DNA from: an uncultured Eubacteriales bacterium
GTDB lineage: Bacteria > Bacillota > Clostridia > Christensenellales > Aristaeellaceae
Direction: 5' to 3'
NCBI GenBank assembly: GCA_948467645.1
Contig: CAOKFD010000003.1
Span: 12,481 to 76,480, forward strand
DNA length: 64,000 nucleotides
Part shown: in pieces, positions 45,925-56,652 of the stretch
How positions within the stretch are numbered: the stretch's first letter is position 1
How the letters are laid out: every line of letters starts with the position of its first letter
Notes under the pieces: generated by a model
What the model was told of the DNA's origin: nothing
What the model saw: only the letters and a program-made list of their open reading frames with translations
Database searches by the model: none
Position numbers and translations under genes: made by a program

Positions 45925-46089
45925 TGGGGTATACCACCTTTCAACATCCCGGCTATTCGCCGATAATATATCCTGCGCCTTGGAGTTGCTGCGCTGCTAT
46001 TTTTGCCTGAGAGCAAAACAATTATTATAGGTAGTACTGTTCTCAGGCATAAAGCCGCGCGCTCTGCCTTGGCGTTGGAATCGCTGTGA

Positions 46090-46740
46090 TTAGTTTTCCT
46101 GTCTGAGCGCCTTTACGACTGCGGCGGGATCGCTTGCGCCGAACAGCGCAGAACCCGCAACCAGCACATTTGCGCCCGCTTCGATAAGCTTGGGCGCGGT
46201 CTGCGCGTTAACGCCGCCGTCCACCTCGATTAGCATATCATCCAGCCCGCGCCGCACGCACATGTCGCGCAGATCGGCCACCTTGCGGTAGGAGCTTTCG
46301 ATCAGCTTCTGGCCGCCGAAGCCGGGATTTACGCTCATTATCAGCACCATTTCCACATCGTCCAGCACGTATTCCAGTTCAGTCAGGGGTGTTGCGGGAT
46401 TCAGCACCACGCCCGGACGCTTGCCCAGTGCGCGTATCTGCTGAAGCACGCGATGCAGATGATGCGTGGATTCGACATGCACGGTTATTCCATCCGCGCC
46501 CGCCGCCGCGAATTCCTCTATATATCGTTCGGGCTGCTTAATCATGAGGTGCACGTCGCGATAAGTATCGATATTTTTGAGCGCGCCGAGCAGTCCCGGC
46601 CCGAATGATATATTGGGCACGAACATGCCGTCCATCACGTCGAAGTGCAGCCAGTCCGCGCCCGCCGCGAGCACGCGGTCTATGTCCGCGCCCACGTTGA
46701 GCCAGTTAGCCGCGAGTAACGATGCGGAAACCTTAATCAT
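46090..46740 (-). CDS. rpe: ribulose-phosphate 3-epimerase
   Basis: HFDVMDGMFVPNISFG and VMSVNPGFGGQ motifs. The ATG at 46740 overlaps the rsgA stop (ATGATTAA). Confidence 0.93.
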   Translation of the reverse strand: MIKVSASLLAANWLNVGADIDRVLAAGADWLHFDVMDGMFVPNISFGPGLLGALKNIDTYRDVHLMIKQPERYIEEFAAAGADGITVHVESTHHLHRVLQQIRALGKRPGVVLNPATPLTELEYVLDDVEMVLIMSVNPGFGGQKLIESSYRKVADLRDMCVRRGLDDMLIEVDGGVNAQTAPKLIEAGANVLVAGSALFGASDPAAVVKALRQEN

Positions 46741-47602
46741 ATCTGTTTTTCCACCTTTCGCGCATTTCATCGAAAATCTGCTTGTAGCGTTCGTAGCGTT
46801 CATCGCTCATCAGGCTTTCGCGTTCGGCCTTGAACATGCAGCCCGGCTCGCTGATATGCGCACATGGCGCAAAGCGGCAGCCGCTCACATTGTCAAACTC
46901 GGGATAGCCCTTCTGCACGTCCATCGGCTCCATCAACGGCAGATCGAGCAGGCTGAATCCGGGCGTGTCGAACACCAGCGTGTCTTCGCCCACGTCGATA
47001 AGCTCGACATGGCGCGTGGTGTGCCGGCCGCGCTCGGTTCGGCGCGACAGACCGCCGGTCTCCAGCTCAAGCCCGAACAGCGTGCTTATGATTGTGGACT
47101 TGCCCACGCCCGACTGCCCCGCCCACGCGCACGCGCGGCCGCGGGTCATATCGCGTACATTATCAAGACCTGCGCCTGTTTTAGAACTGACCATGCACAC
47201 GGGCACGCCGCTCTTTTCATACTGCGCCGCGATGGACTTTGCCATATCCGGATCGAGATCGGCCTTGGATACTATGACAGCCGCGTCTATGCCCGCCATA
47301 TGGCAGATTATCAGCAGCTTATCCAGCATCAGCAGATCGGGTTGCGGATTGCACGCGGCCACCTGTAAAAGCGCTATGTCTATATTGGCCACAGGCGGGC
47401 GTTCGAGGCTGTTCTTGCGCTCAAGCACACGTTCCAGCCAGCCGTCCGCTTCGTCCTCGCCCGGCGTAAACTCCACAAAGTCGCCTACCGTCGGCGTTAT
47501 CTTCTGCCTTCTGAGCGAGCCGCGCGCGCGCAGGGTGTACTTTTCGCCCTCGCACAGCGCGGTATAGAACCCGCCCACTCCCTTTACAATGCGCCCCGTC
47601 AA
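46733..47602 (-). CDS. rsgA: ribosome small-subunit-dependent GTPase A
   Basis: GQSGVGKSTIIS P-loop and a C-terminal zinc motif CRFAPCAHISEPGC. TTG start after GGAGG. Confidence 0.92.
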   Translation of the reverse strand: MTGRIVKGVGGFYTALCEGEKYTLRARGSLRRQKITPTVGDFVEFTPGEDEADGWLERVLERKNSLERPPVANIDIALLQVAACNPQPDLLMLDKLLIICHMAGIDAAVIVSKADLDPDMAKSIAAQYEKSGVPVCMVSSKTGAGLDNVRDMTRGRACAWAGQSGVGKSTIISTLFGLELETGGLSRRTERGRHTTRHVELIDVGEDTLVFDTPGFSLLDLPLMEPMDVQKGYPEFDNVSGCRFAPCAHISEPGCMFKAERESLMSDERYERYKQIFDEMRERWKNRYD

Positions 47603-47617
47603 TACGATTATCCTCCG

Positions 47618-49453
47618 CTATTCAAACATGACCGTTTCCTCGGCCACCTGCTTATCGCCCACGTACACGCGGAATTCGCGCGAGCCGGGCGTGGAACGCT
47701 CCAGTGTCAGCGTAAGCCGCATGGAGCTGGTCGGCGCGGCCTCGCCGCTGTACACTTCTTCCTCGGTGCCGTCCTCCTCGACAAGAACGGCGCGAACGGT
47801 CGTCGTGGGTTCGCCAGTTTCAACCGCGAACTTCACGTCGATCATGGCGGTATACACGTCGGGCGGCGCAGCGAACAGCGTGAGCGTCACGTCGCTGCCC
47901 CTGAGCACGCGCGTGCCCACCGCCGGGCTGATGTTCATGACGTTATCCACCTTGCCGTCGGCCGACGGATAGTAGACGCGCGCCGTTACTTTAAGTCCCA
48001 GCGCTTCGAGTTCAGCCGTAGCCTGATCCACTGCTTCGTCGATTACATTTGGGATTTCGACGCTGGAGCCGCTGATTTCAAGCGTAACTCCGTCGGACGG
48101 GACTATCCAGTTACCCGCCTCGGGATCCTGCCCCACGACCGTGCCCGTCTCAAGGTTGGACACGACAAGCTTTTCTTCCTTAATAGGTATCGACAGCGCG
48201 TCCAGCTCGCGCACCGCCTCGGCGCGCGAACCGCCGGTAAGCACCGGCACCATGACCATGTCCATGCCCTTGGATACGGTAAGTATCGCGCGGCTGCCGC
48301 GCTCGACGCCCGTACCCTTGGTGGGCGACTGGCTTATGACCACGCCCTTGGGAATTTCGTCGTGATACGCCTCGATTATCGTCGTGCTTATGTCGTACTG
48401 TTCAAGTTCGCTTTCGGCCTCGTCCAACGTCATATTAATCGTGTTGGGCATGGGCACTGTGCTGCCTGACCCCAGCCTTGACAGCGCCAGCACAAGTATC
48501 GACGTAAGCAGCGCCGCAACTGCCGCGCTTATCGCGACCATCGTCCATATGCGCGTCTGATGGCGATGCTTGCGCTTCTTGCGCCGGACGGGGCGCTTCG
48601 GCTCGTGCTCGCCGTCGACGAATCCGCCGCTGGGAGAGCGCAATGCGTGCCTGAGATCAGCCGCCATTTCGGCCGCCGACTGATAGCGCCGCCGGGGATC
48701 CTTTTCCATCCCCTTTAATATAACCTCCTCCAGCGCGTGTGAAACAGCCGATTCAAACTGTCTCGGAGGTATGGGCGCTTCCTTTATCTGCTTGACCGCG
48801 ATTGCGGTGGGCGTTTCGCCGTCAAACGGCACGCGGCCCGTGACCATCTCGTACAGCATAACCGTGACCGAGTACAGATCGCTCTGCTCGTTTGCGGCAA
48901 AACCGCGTGCCTGCTCGGGCGATATGTAGTGTACAGAGCCCAGGACCTCGCTGGTGTTTATGGTATTGCCCAGATCCTTCTGCTGCGCTATGCCGAAGTC
49001 GGACACCTTGACCGTGCCGCTGTCGGCCAGCAGTATGTTCTGCGGCTTTAAGTCGCGATGGATTATGTGGTGCTTATGCGCGTGGTTGACTGCGGCCAGT
49101 ATCTCCAGCGTTATGTTTATCGCTTCCTGCGGCGCGACGCGGCCGCGCTGGGCGATGAACTGCTTTAGCGTATAGCCCGGCACGTACTCCATGACTATAT
49201 AGCGCACGTCGCCGTCCTGTCCCACGTCCATCATGCTGATTATGTTTGGGTGGTCCAGCCGCGACACGGCGCGCGCCTCGTGCTCGAATCGCTTGACAAA
49301 CGCGGGATCGCCCATCAGTTCCTTGCGCAGCACCTTGACCGCAACGTCGCAATGGCGCTTTAGGTCGGTCGCGCGGTATACCACCGACATACCCCCGGTG
49401 CCTACGACCTCCTGAAGCACGTAGCGGCCGCCCAAAGTGACCGTGCCGTTCAT
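47618..49453 (-). CDS. prkC: Ser/Thr protein kinase with PASTA repeats
   Basis: HRDLKPQNILL and DFGIA kinase motifs, a TM segment, then repeated PASTA-like units. Confidence 0.93.
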   Translation of the reverse strand: MNGTVTLGGRYVLQEVVGTGGMSVVYRATDLKRHCDVAVKVLRKELMGDPAFVKRFEHEARAVSRLDHPNIISMMDVGQDGDVRYIVMEYVPGYTLKQFIAQRGRVAPQEAINITLEILAAVNHAHKHHIIHRDLKPQNILLADSGTVKVSDFGIAQQKDLGNTINTSEVLGSVHYISPEQARGFAANEQSDLYSVTVMLYEMVTGRVPFDGETPTAIAVKQIKEAPIPPRQFESAVSHALEEVILKGMEKDPRRRYQSAAEMAADLRHALRSPSGGFVDGEHEPKRPVRRKKRKHRHQTRIWTMVAISAAVAALLTSILVLALSRLGSGSTVPMPNTINMTLDEAESELEQYDISTTIIEAYHDEIPKGVVISQSPTKGTGVERGSRAILTVSKGMDMVMVPVLTGGSRAEAVRELDALSIPIKEEKLVVSNLETGTVVGQDPEAGNWIVPSDGVTLEISGSSVEIPNVIDEAVDQATAELEALGLKVTARVYYPSADGKVDNVMNISPAVGTRVLRGSDVTLTLFAAPPDVYTAMIDVKFAVETGEPTTTVRAVLVEEDGTEEEVYSGEAAPTSSMRLTLTLERSTPGSREFRVYVGDKQVAEETVMFE

Positions 49454-50166
49454 GCCTCGCCCTCCCCGTCATACGCAAGAACCGCGGTTATGTTATCCGT
49501 GCCGCCGTGCTCCAGCGCGCCCGAAAGCAGCGCTTTCAGTTGCTCATCCGGTGCGCCGCCTGCAAGGATTAACGCAATCTCGTTGTCGGTCAGCATGTTA
49601 GTCAGGCCGTCGGAGCAGATCAGATACACGCTGCCCGGCGTGCGCTCGAATGCTGCGGTGTCAATTTCCACGCTGAGGCGGGTGCCTATCGCGCGCGTTA
49701 TCAGATTGCGCCTGGGGTGCGTGCGCGCCTCGGCCTCGCTGATTTCGCCCAGATCGACCAGCTCCTGCACATACGTGTGATCGTGCGACAGGTGTGTGAG
49801 CTTACCGCCTTCAAATTTGTACAGACGGCTGTCGCCAACGTGGCCCATCAGCACTTTTTCATCCGTCCACCATATCGCGGTAAGCGTCGTGCCCATGCCT
49901 GTGTATTCCGGCTTATCCTGAGCCAGTCGGTACACGTCGATATTGGCCTCGCGTATGGCCTCGCGCAACATCTCCTGACCGGGATTCGCGCCGTCCAGCG
50001 AGCGGCGCATTGAATCGATCGCCGTGCGGCTGGCCACCTCGCCCGCCAGATGCCCGCCCATGCCGTCGCACACCAAAGCGAAGTTTTCGCCGCGCTCGGG
50101 TATGAAGCAGCAGTCCTCGTTGCTCTCGCGCACGAGTCCCTTATGGGTTATCGCATAGCATTTCAT
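49450..50166 (-). CDS. stp: PP2C-family Ser/Thr phosphatase (Stp/PrpC)
   Basis: VCDGMGGHLAGEVAS and CSDGLTN motifs. The ATG at 50166 overlaps the rlmN stop. The track ORF is over-extended to 50232. Confidence 0.9.
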   Translation of the reverse strand: MKCYAITHKGLVRESNEDCCFIPERGENFALVCDGMGGHLAGEVASRTAIDSMRRSLDGANPGQEMLREAIREANIDVYRLAQDKPEYTGMGTTLTAIWWTDEKVLMGHVGDSRLYKFEGGKLTHLSHDHTYVQELVDLGEISEAEARTHPRRNLITRAIGTRLSVEIDTAAFERTPGSVYLICSDGLTNMLTDNEIALILAGGAPDEQLKALLSGALEHGGTDNITAVLAYDGEGEA

Positions 50167-51236
50167 CGGGCATCCCCCTCTCCTGCGTCGGGCGCGCCGC
50201 TGCCTATGTACGCGCGGCGCAGTTGGCCGCACGCGCCCTCGATATCGTCGCCCATCTCGCGGCGGCGCGACACCGATATGTGCAGGTGCTTCAGTTCGTC
50301 CTCGAACGCGCGCATTTCGCCTTCATACGGCGCGCGCAGATCGCGTTCGGGCACGTCGTTTAGCGGGATCAGGTTCACATGGCACTGCATACCGCGCAGC
50401 CGGGCCGCCAGCTCATGCGCGCTTTCGCGGCTGCAATTAACGCCCGACACCAGAGCGTATTCAAATATCACGCGCCGTCCGGTCTTATCGATATAGTTGC
50501 GGCACGCCGCGAGTATATCGTCCATCGCGTATTTGTTGGCAATGGGCATCGTGCGGCGGCGAATCTCGTCGTTAGGCGCGTGCAGCGATATGCACAGCGT
50601 GACCGGCAGACCCTCGTTTGCCAGATCGTATATGCGCGGCACCAGTCCGCAGGTGGACAGCGACACGCCGCGCAGCGACATGTGCAGGCCGTCCTCGCGG
50701 TTCAGCAGCCGCAGGAACTTAATCACGTTGTCGTAATTATCCAGCGGTTCGCCGCTGCCCATCAGCACGACGTTTGATATGCGCGCGTCGGGGCCGTCGG
50801 TCTCGTGCAGATGGCCGTTGACCGCGATTATCTGGCCCAGCAGCTCGCCTGGGGTCAGATTGCGCACGCATCCTTCCAGCGTGGACGCGCAGAACTTGCA
50901 GCCCATACGGCAACCCACCTGCGTGGACACGCATAGTGTGTTGCCGTAATTATAGCGCATCGTCACGCCTTCGACTATGTTGCCGTCCTGAAGCTCGTAC
51001 AGGTATTTTTCGGTGCCGTCCAGCTTGGATACCACGGATTTGAGTATGCGCACGGGATTAGCAGGGCCTTCCTCGGAAAGCTTTTGCCGCAGATCGCGAG
51101 GAATGTTGGTCATACCGTCGTAGTCCACGCCGCGCACCAGCCATTGATACAGCTGCTTTGCGCGAAATGCGCTCTGCCCCATGCCTTTCAGCTTTGCCGC
51201 CAGTTCTTCGGGCGTAAGGCTCAATATATCTTCCAC
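50163..51236 (-). CDS. rlmN: 23S rRNA (adenine2503-C2)-methyltransferase, radical SAM
   Basis: CRMGCKFCAS radical-SAM motif and GMGEPL-like MGSGEPLDN. GTG start after GGAGG. Confidence 0.92.
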   Translation of the reverse strand: MEDILSLTPEELAAKLKGMGQSAFRAKQLYQWLVRGVDYDGMTNIPRDLRQKLSEEGPANPVRILKSVVSKLDGTEKYLYELQDGNIVEGVTMRYNYGNTLCVSTQVGCRMGCKFCASTLEGCVRNLTPGELLGQIIAVNGHLHETDGPDARISNVVLMGSGEPLDNYDNVIKFLRLLNREDGLHMSLRGVSLSTCGLVPRIYDLANEGLPVTLCISLHAPNDEIRRRTMPIANKYAMDDILAACRNYIDKTGRRVIFEYALVSGVNCSRESAHELAARLRGMQCHVNLIPLNDVPERDLRAPYEGEMRAFEDELKHLHISVSRRREMGDDIEGACGQLRRAYIGSGAPDAGEGDAR

Positions 51237-51283
51237 AGGCGGTTGCCTCCATTCTCTCGCGTTTCTTGCCTGATTATAGTACG

Positions 51284-52936
51284 TTATCTGCGCTCCATGC
51301 GCGCCATGAAGAAGCCGTCCACGTCGTCCCTGCAGCCCAGCAATGTGAGCATACCATCCTCAATCCCGGCATTAAAACACTCCGGGACGTATGCCTTAAC
51401 ATCGCACAGCTTAAATTCGGGGTGCTTTTTAAGGAATGCATTCACGACGTCCTGATTTTCGGATTTTAGTATCGTGCAGGTCGAGTACACCAGCGTGCCG
51501 CCGCGCCGCACATAGCGTGCGCAGTTATCGAGTATGGCCGCCTGTATTTCAGGCAGTTTTTTCAGCTCGTCCTGAGTTATATTGAGCTTTATGTCGGGCT
51601 TGGCCGCGATAACGCCCAGTCCCGAGCACGGCACATCGCACAGCACCGCATCCATAGAGCCTTCCCAGTCGGGTACGAACTTCGCCGCGTCCTGCACGCG
51701 CGGCTTTATCGTATCGTGACCCAGCCGCACCGCCGACGCGCGGATAAGCTCCACGCGGTGGGCGTGCAGATCGCACGCATACACGCGTCCTGAACCCTGC
51801 ATCATCTCGGCCAATGCCGCCGCCTTGCCGCCCGGCGCGGCGCACGCGTCGAGCACCTGCATACCCGGTTTGGGCGCGATCACCTGCGCGCACATGAGCG
51901 AGCTTTCACCCTGCACGCTGAAAAGTCCCTGCCTGTACAGCGGGTTTCTATCCACAGCGCCCATGCCAAACACGCGGTATGCGCCCGGCACGCGCGAATG
52001 TTCCCAGCGAAGTTCGAGCTTGTCAAGGCGCGCTTCGAATTCTGCGGCGCTTATGCGCAGCGCATTGGGACGCACGGTTATGAAGCGCTGCGGCTTCCAC
52101 GCGAGTATACGCTCGGCCTCGTCCGCGCCATACTGCTCGACAAGCCGCCGGCACACAAACTCCGGCATGGAATATTCGATAGACAGGAAGTGTTCGATGC
52201 CATCCTCGCGCGCGGGCTGTTTCAGCTCCTCGCGCTTGCGGGCGAGATTGCGCAGTACGCCATTGACCATGCCGGTTGCGCTTTCAAAGCCCAGCGCGCG
52301 CGTTATCTTGACCGCCACGTCGCACACCGCGCTCTCTGGGATGCGTTCGAGGTAAAGCATCTGGTAAGCCGATACGCGCAGTACGTCCTGTATTGCCGGT
52401 TCGGGCGAACGCGTCATCAGCTGCCCCAGTAGGAAGTCCAGCTTGGCGATATGCTCCAGCGTGCCGTAGAATATCTCGGTCGCAAGTGCCTTGTCCTGTG
52501 CGCTAAGACGCTCCTCGGACAGCACCTTGTCCAGCGCCAGCCCCGCGTATGCCTTATCGCGCGTGACCAATCCCAACGCCTTATGCGCGGCGCGGCGCGA
52601 CGGAGTGCCGTCGGTCTGCGGCGCGGCGCTCGTTGTGCGGCGCTTATCGGGACTGAACGCGGGCTTGCCGTCGCGGACGTGGGAATTGTTCGGCTTGCCA
52701 TGCGGAGCATGCGCGGGCTTGCCTGCCTGACCATCTGTCTTAAACGCAGGCTTACCCTTCCCAAATGGCTTGCCGCCGCCAGACGCCGGCTTATTAGACT
52801 TGCCCTTAAACGCGGACTTATCTCCGCCTGCGTTCGGCTTGCCGCCGCGCGCGGGCTTATGCGGCGCGTCGGATGCGCGGCGCGCCTGATCCACCAGCGC
52901 CTTGCGCGCGTTTTCCCTCTGCATATCGTCAGTCAT
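51284..52936 (-). CDS. rsmB: 16S rRNA (cytosine967-C5)-methyltransferase with a basic low-complexity N-terminal extension
   Basis: NusB-like region, DACAAPGGK SAM motif, and DVPCSG/YSTCT catalytic Cys motifs. The ATG at 52936 follows GCGGAGGA. Confidence 0.9.
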   Translation of the reverse strand: MTDDMQRENARKALVDQARRASDAPHKPARGGKPNAGGDKSAFKGKSNKPASGGGKPFGKGKPAFKTDGQAGKPAHAPHGKPNNSHVRDGKPAFSPDKRRTTSAAPQTDGTPSRRAAHKALGLVTRDKAYAGLALDKVLSEERLSAQDKALATEIFYGTLEHIAKLDFLLGQLMTRSPEPAIQDVLRVSAYQMLYLERIPESAVCDVAVKITRALGFESATGMVNGVLRNLARKREELKQPAREDGIEHFLSIEYSMPEFVCRRLVEQYGADEAERILAWKPQRFITVRPNALRISAAEFEARLDKLELRWEHSRVPGAYRVFGMGAVDRNPLYRQGLFSVQGESSLMCAQVIAPKPGMQVLDACAAPGGKAAALAEMMQGSGRVYACDLHAHRVELIRASAVRLGHDTIKPRVQDAAKFVPDWEGSMDAVLCDVPCSGLGVIAAKPDIKLNITQDELKKLPEIQAAILDNCARYVRRGGTLVYSTCTILKSENQDVVNAFLKKHPEFKLCDVKAYVPECFNAGIEDGMLTLLGCRDDVDGFFMARMERR

Positions 52937-53897
52937 GCTTATCCTCCGCACCCAGCACCGTGCCCACGGGCATGGGCTTGCCATTCAGGTAGTCGCGCAC
53001 GCCCAGCCGCTTTGCGCCGGGCAATTGCAATTCGGTCAGGCTGAGCGCGCCCGTGCCGCACCTGACTATCAGACCCGCGCGCTTGTCGGATGTGACGACT
53101 TGTCCGCACGCCGCACTTTCTGCCTCAGCCGGACAAGCGACCGGCTCGGCGCGCCACAGCTTGAGCACGCCGCCGCCATACGGCGTATACGCGCCCGGCC
53201 ACGGATTCACGCCGCGCACGAGCGCGGATATTTCTTCCGCAGACTTTGACCAGTCGATCAAGCCGTCCTCTTTAGTCAGCATGGGCTGATAAGTGGCTTC
53301 ATCCTCGTTTTGAGGTATGCGCTCCAGCGTGCCTGCCGTGAGATGCGAAAGCGTGTCAATGAGTACTTCCGCGCCCACGTCGGCGAGGCGCAAGGTGAGT
53401 TCGCCCGCGGTTTCGCCGGACAGTATTGCCACCTCGCGGCGAAGCAGCATATCGCCGGTGTCCACGCCGCGATCGGTGAACATCGTCGTTACGCCGGTTA
53501 CAGTCTCGCCCGCCATTATGCAGCGGTTTATCGGCGCGCTGCCGCGATATTTTGGCAACAGCGACGCATGTACGTTGACCGTGCCCATAGGCGGTATTGC
53601 GAGCACCTTATTGCTGAGTATCTGGCCATAGGCCGCGGTCACGAACAGGTCGGGCTTCAGCGCGCGCAGTGCGTCCAGCCCCTCCTGCCTGCGAATGCGC
53701 TCGAACTGAAGCACGTTAAGCCCCAGCTCCAGCGCCGCCGCCTTGACCTCGCACGGTGCGAGCTTGCCCGAGCGGCCGCGCGGACGGTCGGGCTGGCACA
53801 CCACGCCCACGACTTCATAACCCGCCCTGACCAGCGCCTTCAGGCTGGGCACCGCGAACTCGGGCGTGCCCATGAAAACAATGCGCAAACTCATCAT
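52929..53897 (-). CDS. fmt: methionyl-tRNA formyltransferase
   Basis: [12 protein letters not shown] and [16 protein letters not shown] motifs. Confidence 0.93.
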   Translation of the reverse strand: MMSLRIVFMGTPEFAVPSLKALVRAGYEVVGVVCQPDRPRGRSGKLAPCEVKAAALELGLNVLQFERIRRQEGLDALRALKPDLFVTAAYGQILSNKVLAIPPMGTVNVHASLLPKYRGSAPINRCIMAGETVTGVTTMFTDRGVDTGDMLLRREVAILSGETAGELTLRLADVGAEVLIDTLSHLTAGTLERIPQNEDEATYQPMLTKEDGLIDWSKSAEEISALVRGVNPWPGAYTPYGGGVLKLWRAEPVACPAEAESAACGQVVTSDKRAGLIVRCGTGALSLTELQLPGAKRLGVRDYLNGKPMPVGTVLGAEDKHD

Positions 53898-54361
53898 TCT
53901 TCCTCGTCGTCGAATATTTCTTCGATCATCTTGTCAAGGTACAGTATACCGTCCAGATGGTCGATCTCGTGGCAGAACGCGCGCGCCAACAGGCCGGTGC
54001 CGGTATACTCGCATTCCTCGCCCTTGCGGTTGATTGCGCGCACAGTCACCTTTTCAGGGCGCGCGACCTTGCCGCGGCGGCCGGGCACGGACAGGCAGCC
54101 CTCCGCGTCCACGACTTCGCCGGAGGTCGAGATAATCTCGGGGTTGATAAGCTCGTATACGTTGCCGTCGCCCACGTCGATTACGACCACGCGGCGCAGT
54201 ATGCCCACCTGCGGCGCGGCCAGACCCACGCCGTCGTTGGCGTACATAGTCTGACGCATGTCGTCGATCAGCGTCAGTATGCGCTTATCCACCTGCTTTA
54301 CGGGGCGTGATATTTTTCTGAGGGTTTCGTCGCCCTCTTTTACAATTCTACGTATAGCCAT
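53894..54361 (-). CDS. def: peptide deformylase
   Basis: [18 protein letters not shown] and HEIDHLDG motifs. Confidence 0.94.
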   Translation of the reverse strand: MAIRRIVKEGDETLRKISRPVKQVDKRILTLIDDMRQTMYANDGVGLAAPQVGILRRVVVIDVGDGNVYELINPEIISTSGEVVDAEGCLSVPGRRGKVARPEKVTVRAINRKGEECEYTGTGLLARAFCHEIDHLDGILYLDKMIEEIFDDEEE

Positions 54362-54379
54362 TTTGGTTTCCTCCAGTCG

Positions 54380-56632
54380 TTACAGTATGCTCGCGGGGCT
54401 GATCTCCAGCACCACATTTACATCGCTTTTGTCCTGCGCGCGCTCACTTTCCAGCCGCGCCATAAAGTCCAGCACGCCGTCCGACGGGCCGCGTGCGTAC
54501 AGCTTTACAAACACCTGCCACCGTGAAAGTCCGCGTATCAGCTTCAGCGGCGCTTCCATCGCGCGCATCTGCACGATCTGTTGCTTCATGCGCGCGTCGC
54601 CATCCAGAAATGCCTGAAACTGCTTTTCCAGTTCGACCGCGGTACTTTCCACGCGCGCCTTATCGCGTCCTTCGATAAGCAGCCTCGCAATTATCGTAAA
54701 CGGCGGATAGAGACCCTGCCTGCGCCGACCGACCTCCTGAGTGAAGAACGCGCGGTAGTCCTGCGCCGCCGCGAGCTTTATCGCATAGTGATCCGGCTCG
54801 TAGCTTTGCACGATGACGCGGCCGGGCTTATCGGCGCGGCCCGCGCGGCCCGCCGCCTGGGTTATCAATTGGAAAGTGCGCTCGAACGCCCTGTAATCGG
54901 GCAGGTTGAGCGACGTATCAGCCGCGATTACGCCCACCAGCGTAACGCGCGGGAAGTCCAGCCCCTTGGCGACCATCTGTGTGCCGATAAGCGCCTGCTT
55001 ATCGCCCGTGCCGAACTCGTGCAGCAGGCGCGCGTGCGCGTCCTTGCCCGACGTGGTGTCCGCGTCCATGCGCACGACTCCCGCCTCCGGAAAGAGCGCG
55101 TTCAGCTCCTCCTCCACCTTCTGTGTGCCCACGCCGAAATACTTTATGTAAGGCGAGCCGCAGCTTGGGCAGATAGTATGCGGCCTGCGCTCCGCGCCGC
55201 AGTAGTGACAGCGCAGCATGTTGTCATACTGATGGTATGTCATAGTCACGTCGCAGTTATCGCACTTTTCGACATAGCCGCAGTTTCGGCAGCTCACGAA
55301 CGTGGAATAGCCGCGCCGATTTAGGAACAATATCGCCTGTTCGCCCGCGCGGAAGGTTTCGTCCAGAGCCTGTTTAAGCTCGCCCGAAAATATCGAGCGG
55401 TTGCCGCGCAGAAGCTCCTTGCGCATATCTATTATTTTGACTTCGGGCAGGGCGCGCCGGTTCACGCGCTCGGCCATTTCGATAAGCGTGAGCTTGTTTT
55501 CCGGCCTTACGCCCGCAAGCGTGCGCATGTACGTCGAAACCGACGGCGTGGCGCTGCCCAGTAGCAGCAATGCGCGGTTGATTGCACAGCGTTCCTGCGC
55601 GATTTCGCGCGCGTCGTATGACGGATAGTTGTCGGCAAGGTAGCTGCTTTCGTGCTCCTCGTCTATGATTATCGCGCCTAAATTTTCTACCGGTGCGAAT
55701 ACAGCCGAGCGCGCGCCGATTACCACGCGCGCTTCGCCGCGGCGTATGCGCCTCCATTCATCGAAGCGTTCACCCGCGCTCAGGCGTGAATGCAGCAGCG
55801 CGCACAGATCGCCAAAGCGCGCGGTGAACTGCTCGGCCATCTGCGGCGTGAGCGAAATCTCGGGCACAAGCAGTATCGCCGTGCGGCCGCGTGAGAGCAA
55901 TTCTTCTATTATGCGCATATACACTTCGGTCTTGCCGCTGCCGGTCACACCGTGCAGCAGAAAGCGCCCGCCGCCGTCCAGCGCCGCGTACAGCTCGTCA
56001 AACGCACGCTGCTGGCAGGGCGTAAGCGGCGGCCTGTTATGCACGCGGCCGCTGTCGTACACGGCGGGCGCGCGGCGCGCCTCGTCCTCGGCGATCTCGA
56101 TCACGCCCGCCTCGCTGAGCTTTTTAAGCGCGTCGGACGAACCTTTAGGCAGTTCGGACGTGCGCGCGCAGCCGCCCATGTCGCGCAGGGTTTCCAGCAG
56201 TTCGCGGCGCTTGGGGGCGCGCGCCTGACTTTCGATAACCGTGTCGAGTTCAGGGCCGGTGAGCAGCAGCCTTGCCATGCGGCAGGTCTTTACTTTTATG
56301 CGTTCGCCGCGCATCTGCGCCGGTATCATGAGCCGGAGCGCCGAGGACAGCGTGCACTTGCAATGCGCGCGCATGTACATGGCCAGTTCAATCTGCTCGC
56401 CAGTCAGCGCCGCGTAGTCCTCCAGCGGGCGAAGCACCCGCTTTACCTTGGATGCGTCCATGCCGGGTTCAGATTTGAGCGCGATTATATAGCCCTCGAT
56501 CGTGCGCCCGCCGAACGGCGCTTTTACGCGCGTGCCCAGCGAGTATTCGCCGGTTTCGGGCAGTTCGTAGGTGAACACGCGATCCAGCGCGGCGCTGTTT
56601 ATATCGACTATTACATCCGCGTAGATAGGCAT
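54380..56632 (-). CDS. priA: primosomal replication-restart helicase PriA
   Basis: Walker A GVTGSGKTEVY, a DEEH box, and the Cys-rich zinc insertion CRNCGY..CDNCD..CHYCG..CPSCGS. Confidence 0.93.
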   Translation of the reverse strand: MPIYADVIVDINSAALDRVFTYELPETGEYSLGTRVKAPFGGRTIEGYIIALKSEPGMDASKVKRVLRPLEDYAALTGEQIELAMYMRAHCKCTLSSALRLMIPAQMRGERIKVKTCRMARLLLTGPELDTVIESQARAPKRRELLETLRDMGGCARTSELPKGSSDALKKLSEAGVIEIAEDEARRAPAVYDSGRVHNRPPLTPCQQRAFDELYAALDGGGRFLLHGVTGSGKTEVYMRIIEELLSRGRTAILLVPEISLTPQMAEQFTARFGDLCALLHSRLSAGERFDEWRRIRRGEARVVIGARSAVFAPVENLGAIIIDEEHESSYLADNYPSYDAREIAQERCAINRALLLLGSATPSVSTYMRTLAGVRPENKLTLIEMAERVNRRALPEVKIIDMRKELLRGNRSIFSGELKQALDETFRAGEQAILFLNRRGYSTFVSCRNCGYVEKCDNCDVTMTYHQYDNMLRCHYCGAERRPHTICPSCGSPYIKYFGVGTQKVEEELNALFPEAGVVRMDADTTSGKDAHARLLHEFGTGDKQALIGTQMVAKGLDFPRVTLVGVIAADTSLNLPDYRAFERTFQLITQAAGRAGRADKPGRVIVQSYEPDHYAIKLAAAQDYRAFFTQEVGRRRQGLYPPFTIIARLLIEGRDKARVESTAVELEKQFQAFLDGDARMKQQIVQMRAMEAPLKLIRGLSRWQVFVKLYARGPSDGVLDFMARLESERAQDKSDVNVVLEISPASIL

Positions 56633-56652
56633 TCACCTCCTGAAAATATACT

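Noticed and set aside
45925-46089. Possible TPP (THI-box) riboswitch upstream of the NMT1/THI5-like ABC operon, prompted by a CTGAGA motif and by thiN following rpe in Bacillus.
   Set aside because: Only the CTGAGA hexamer is present. The other conserved THI-box parts (ACCCTT, ACCTGAT, the pyrimidine-sensor helix, GGGA) are absent on the relevant strand. The hairpin there has a loop of about 27 nt and no T-tract.
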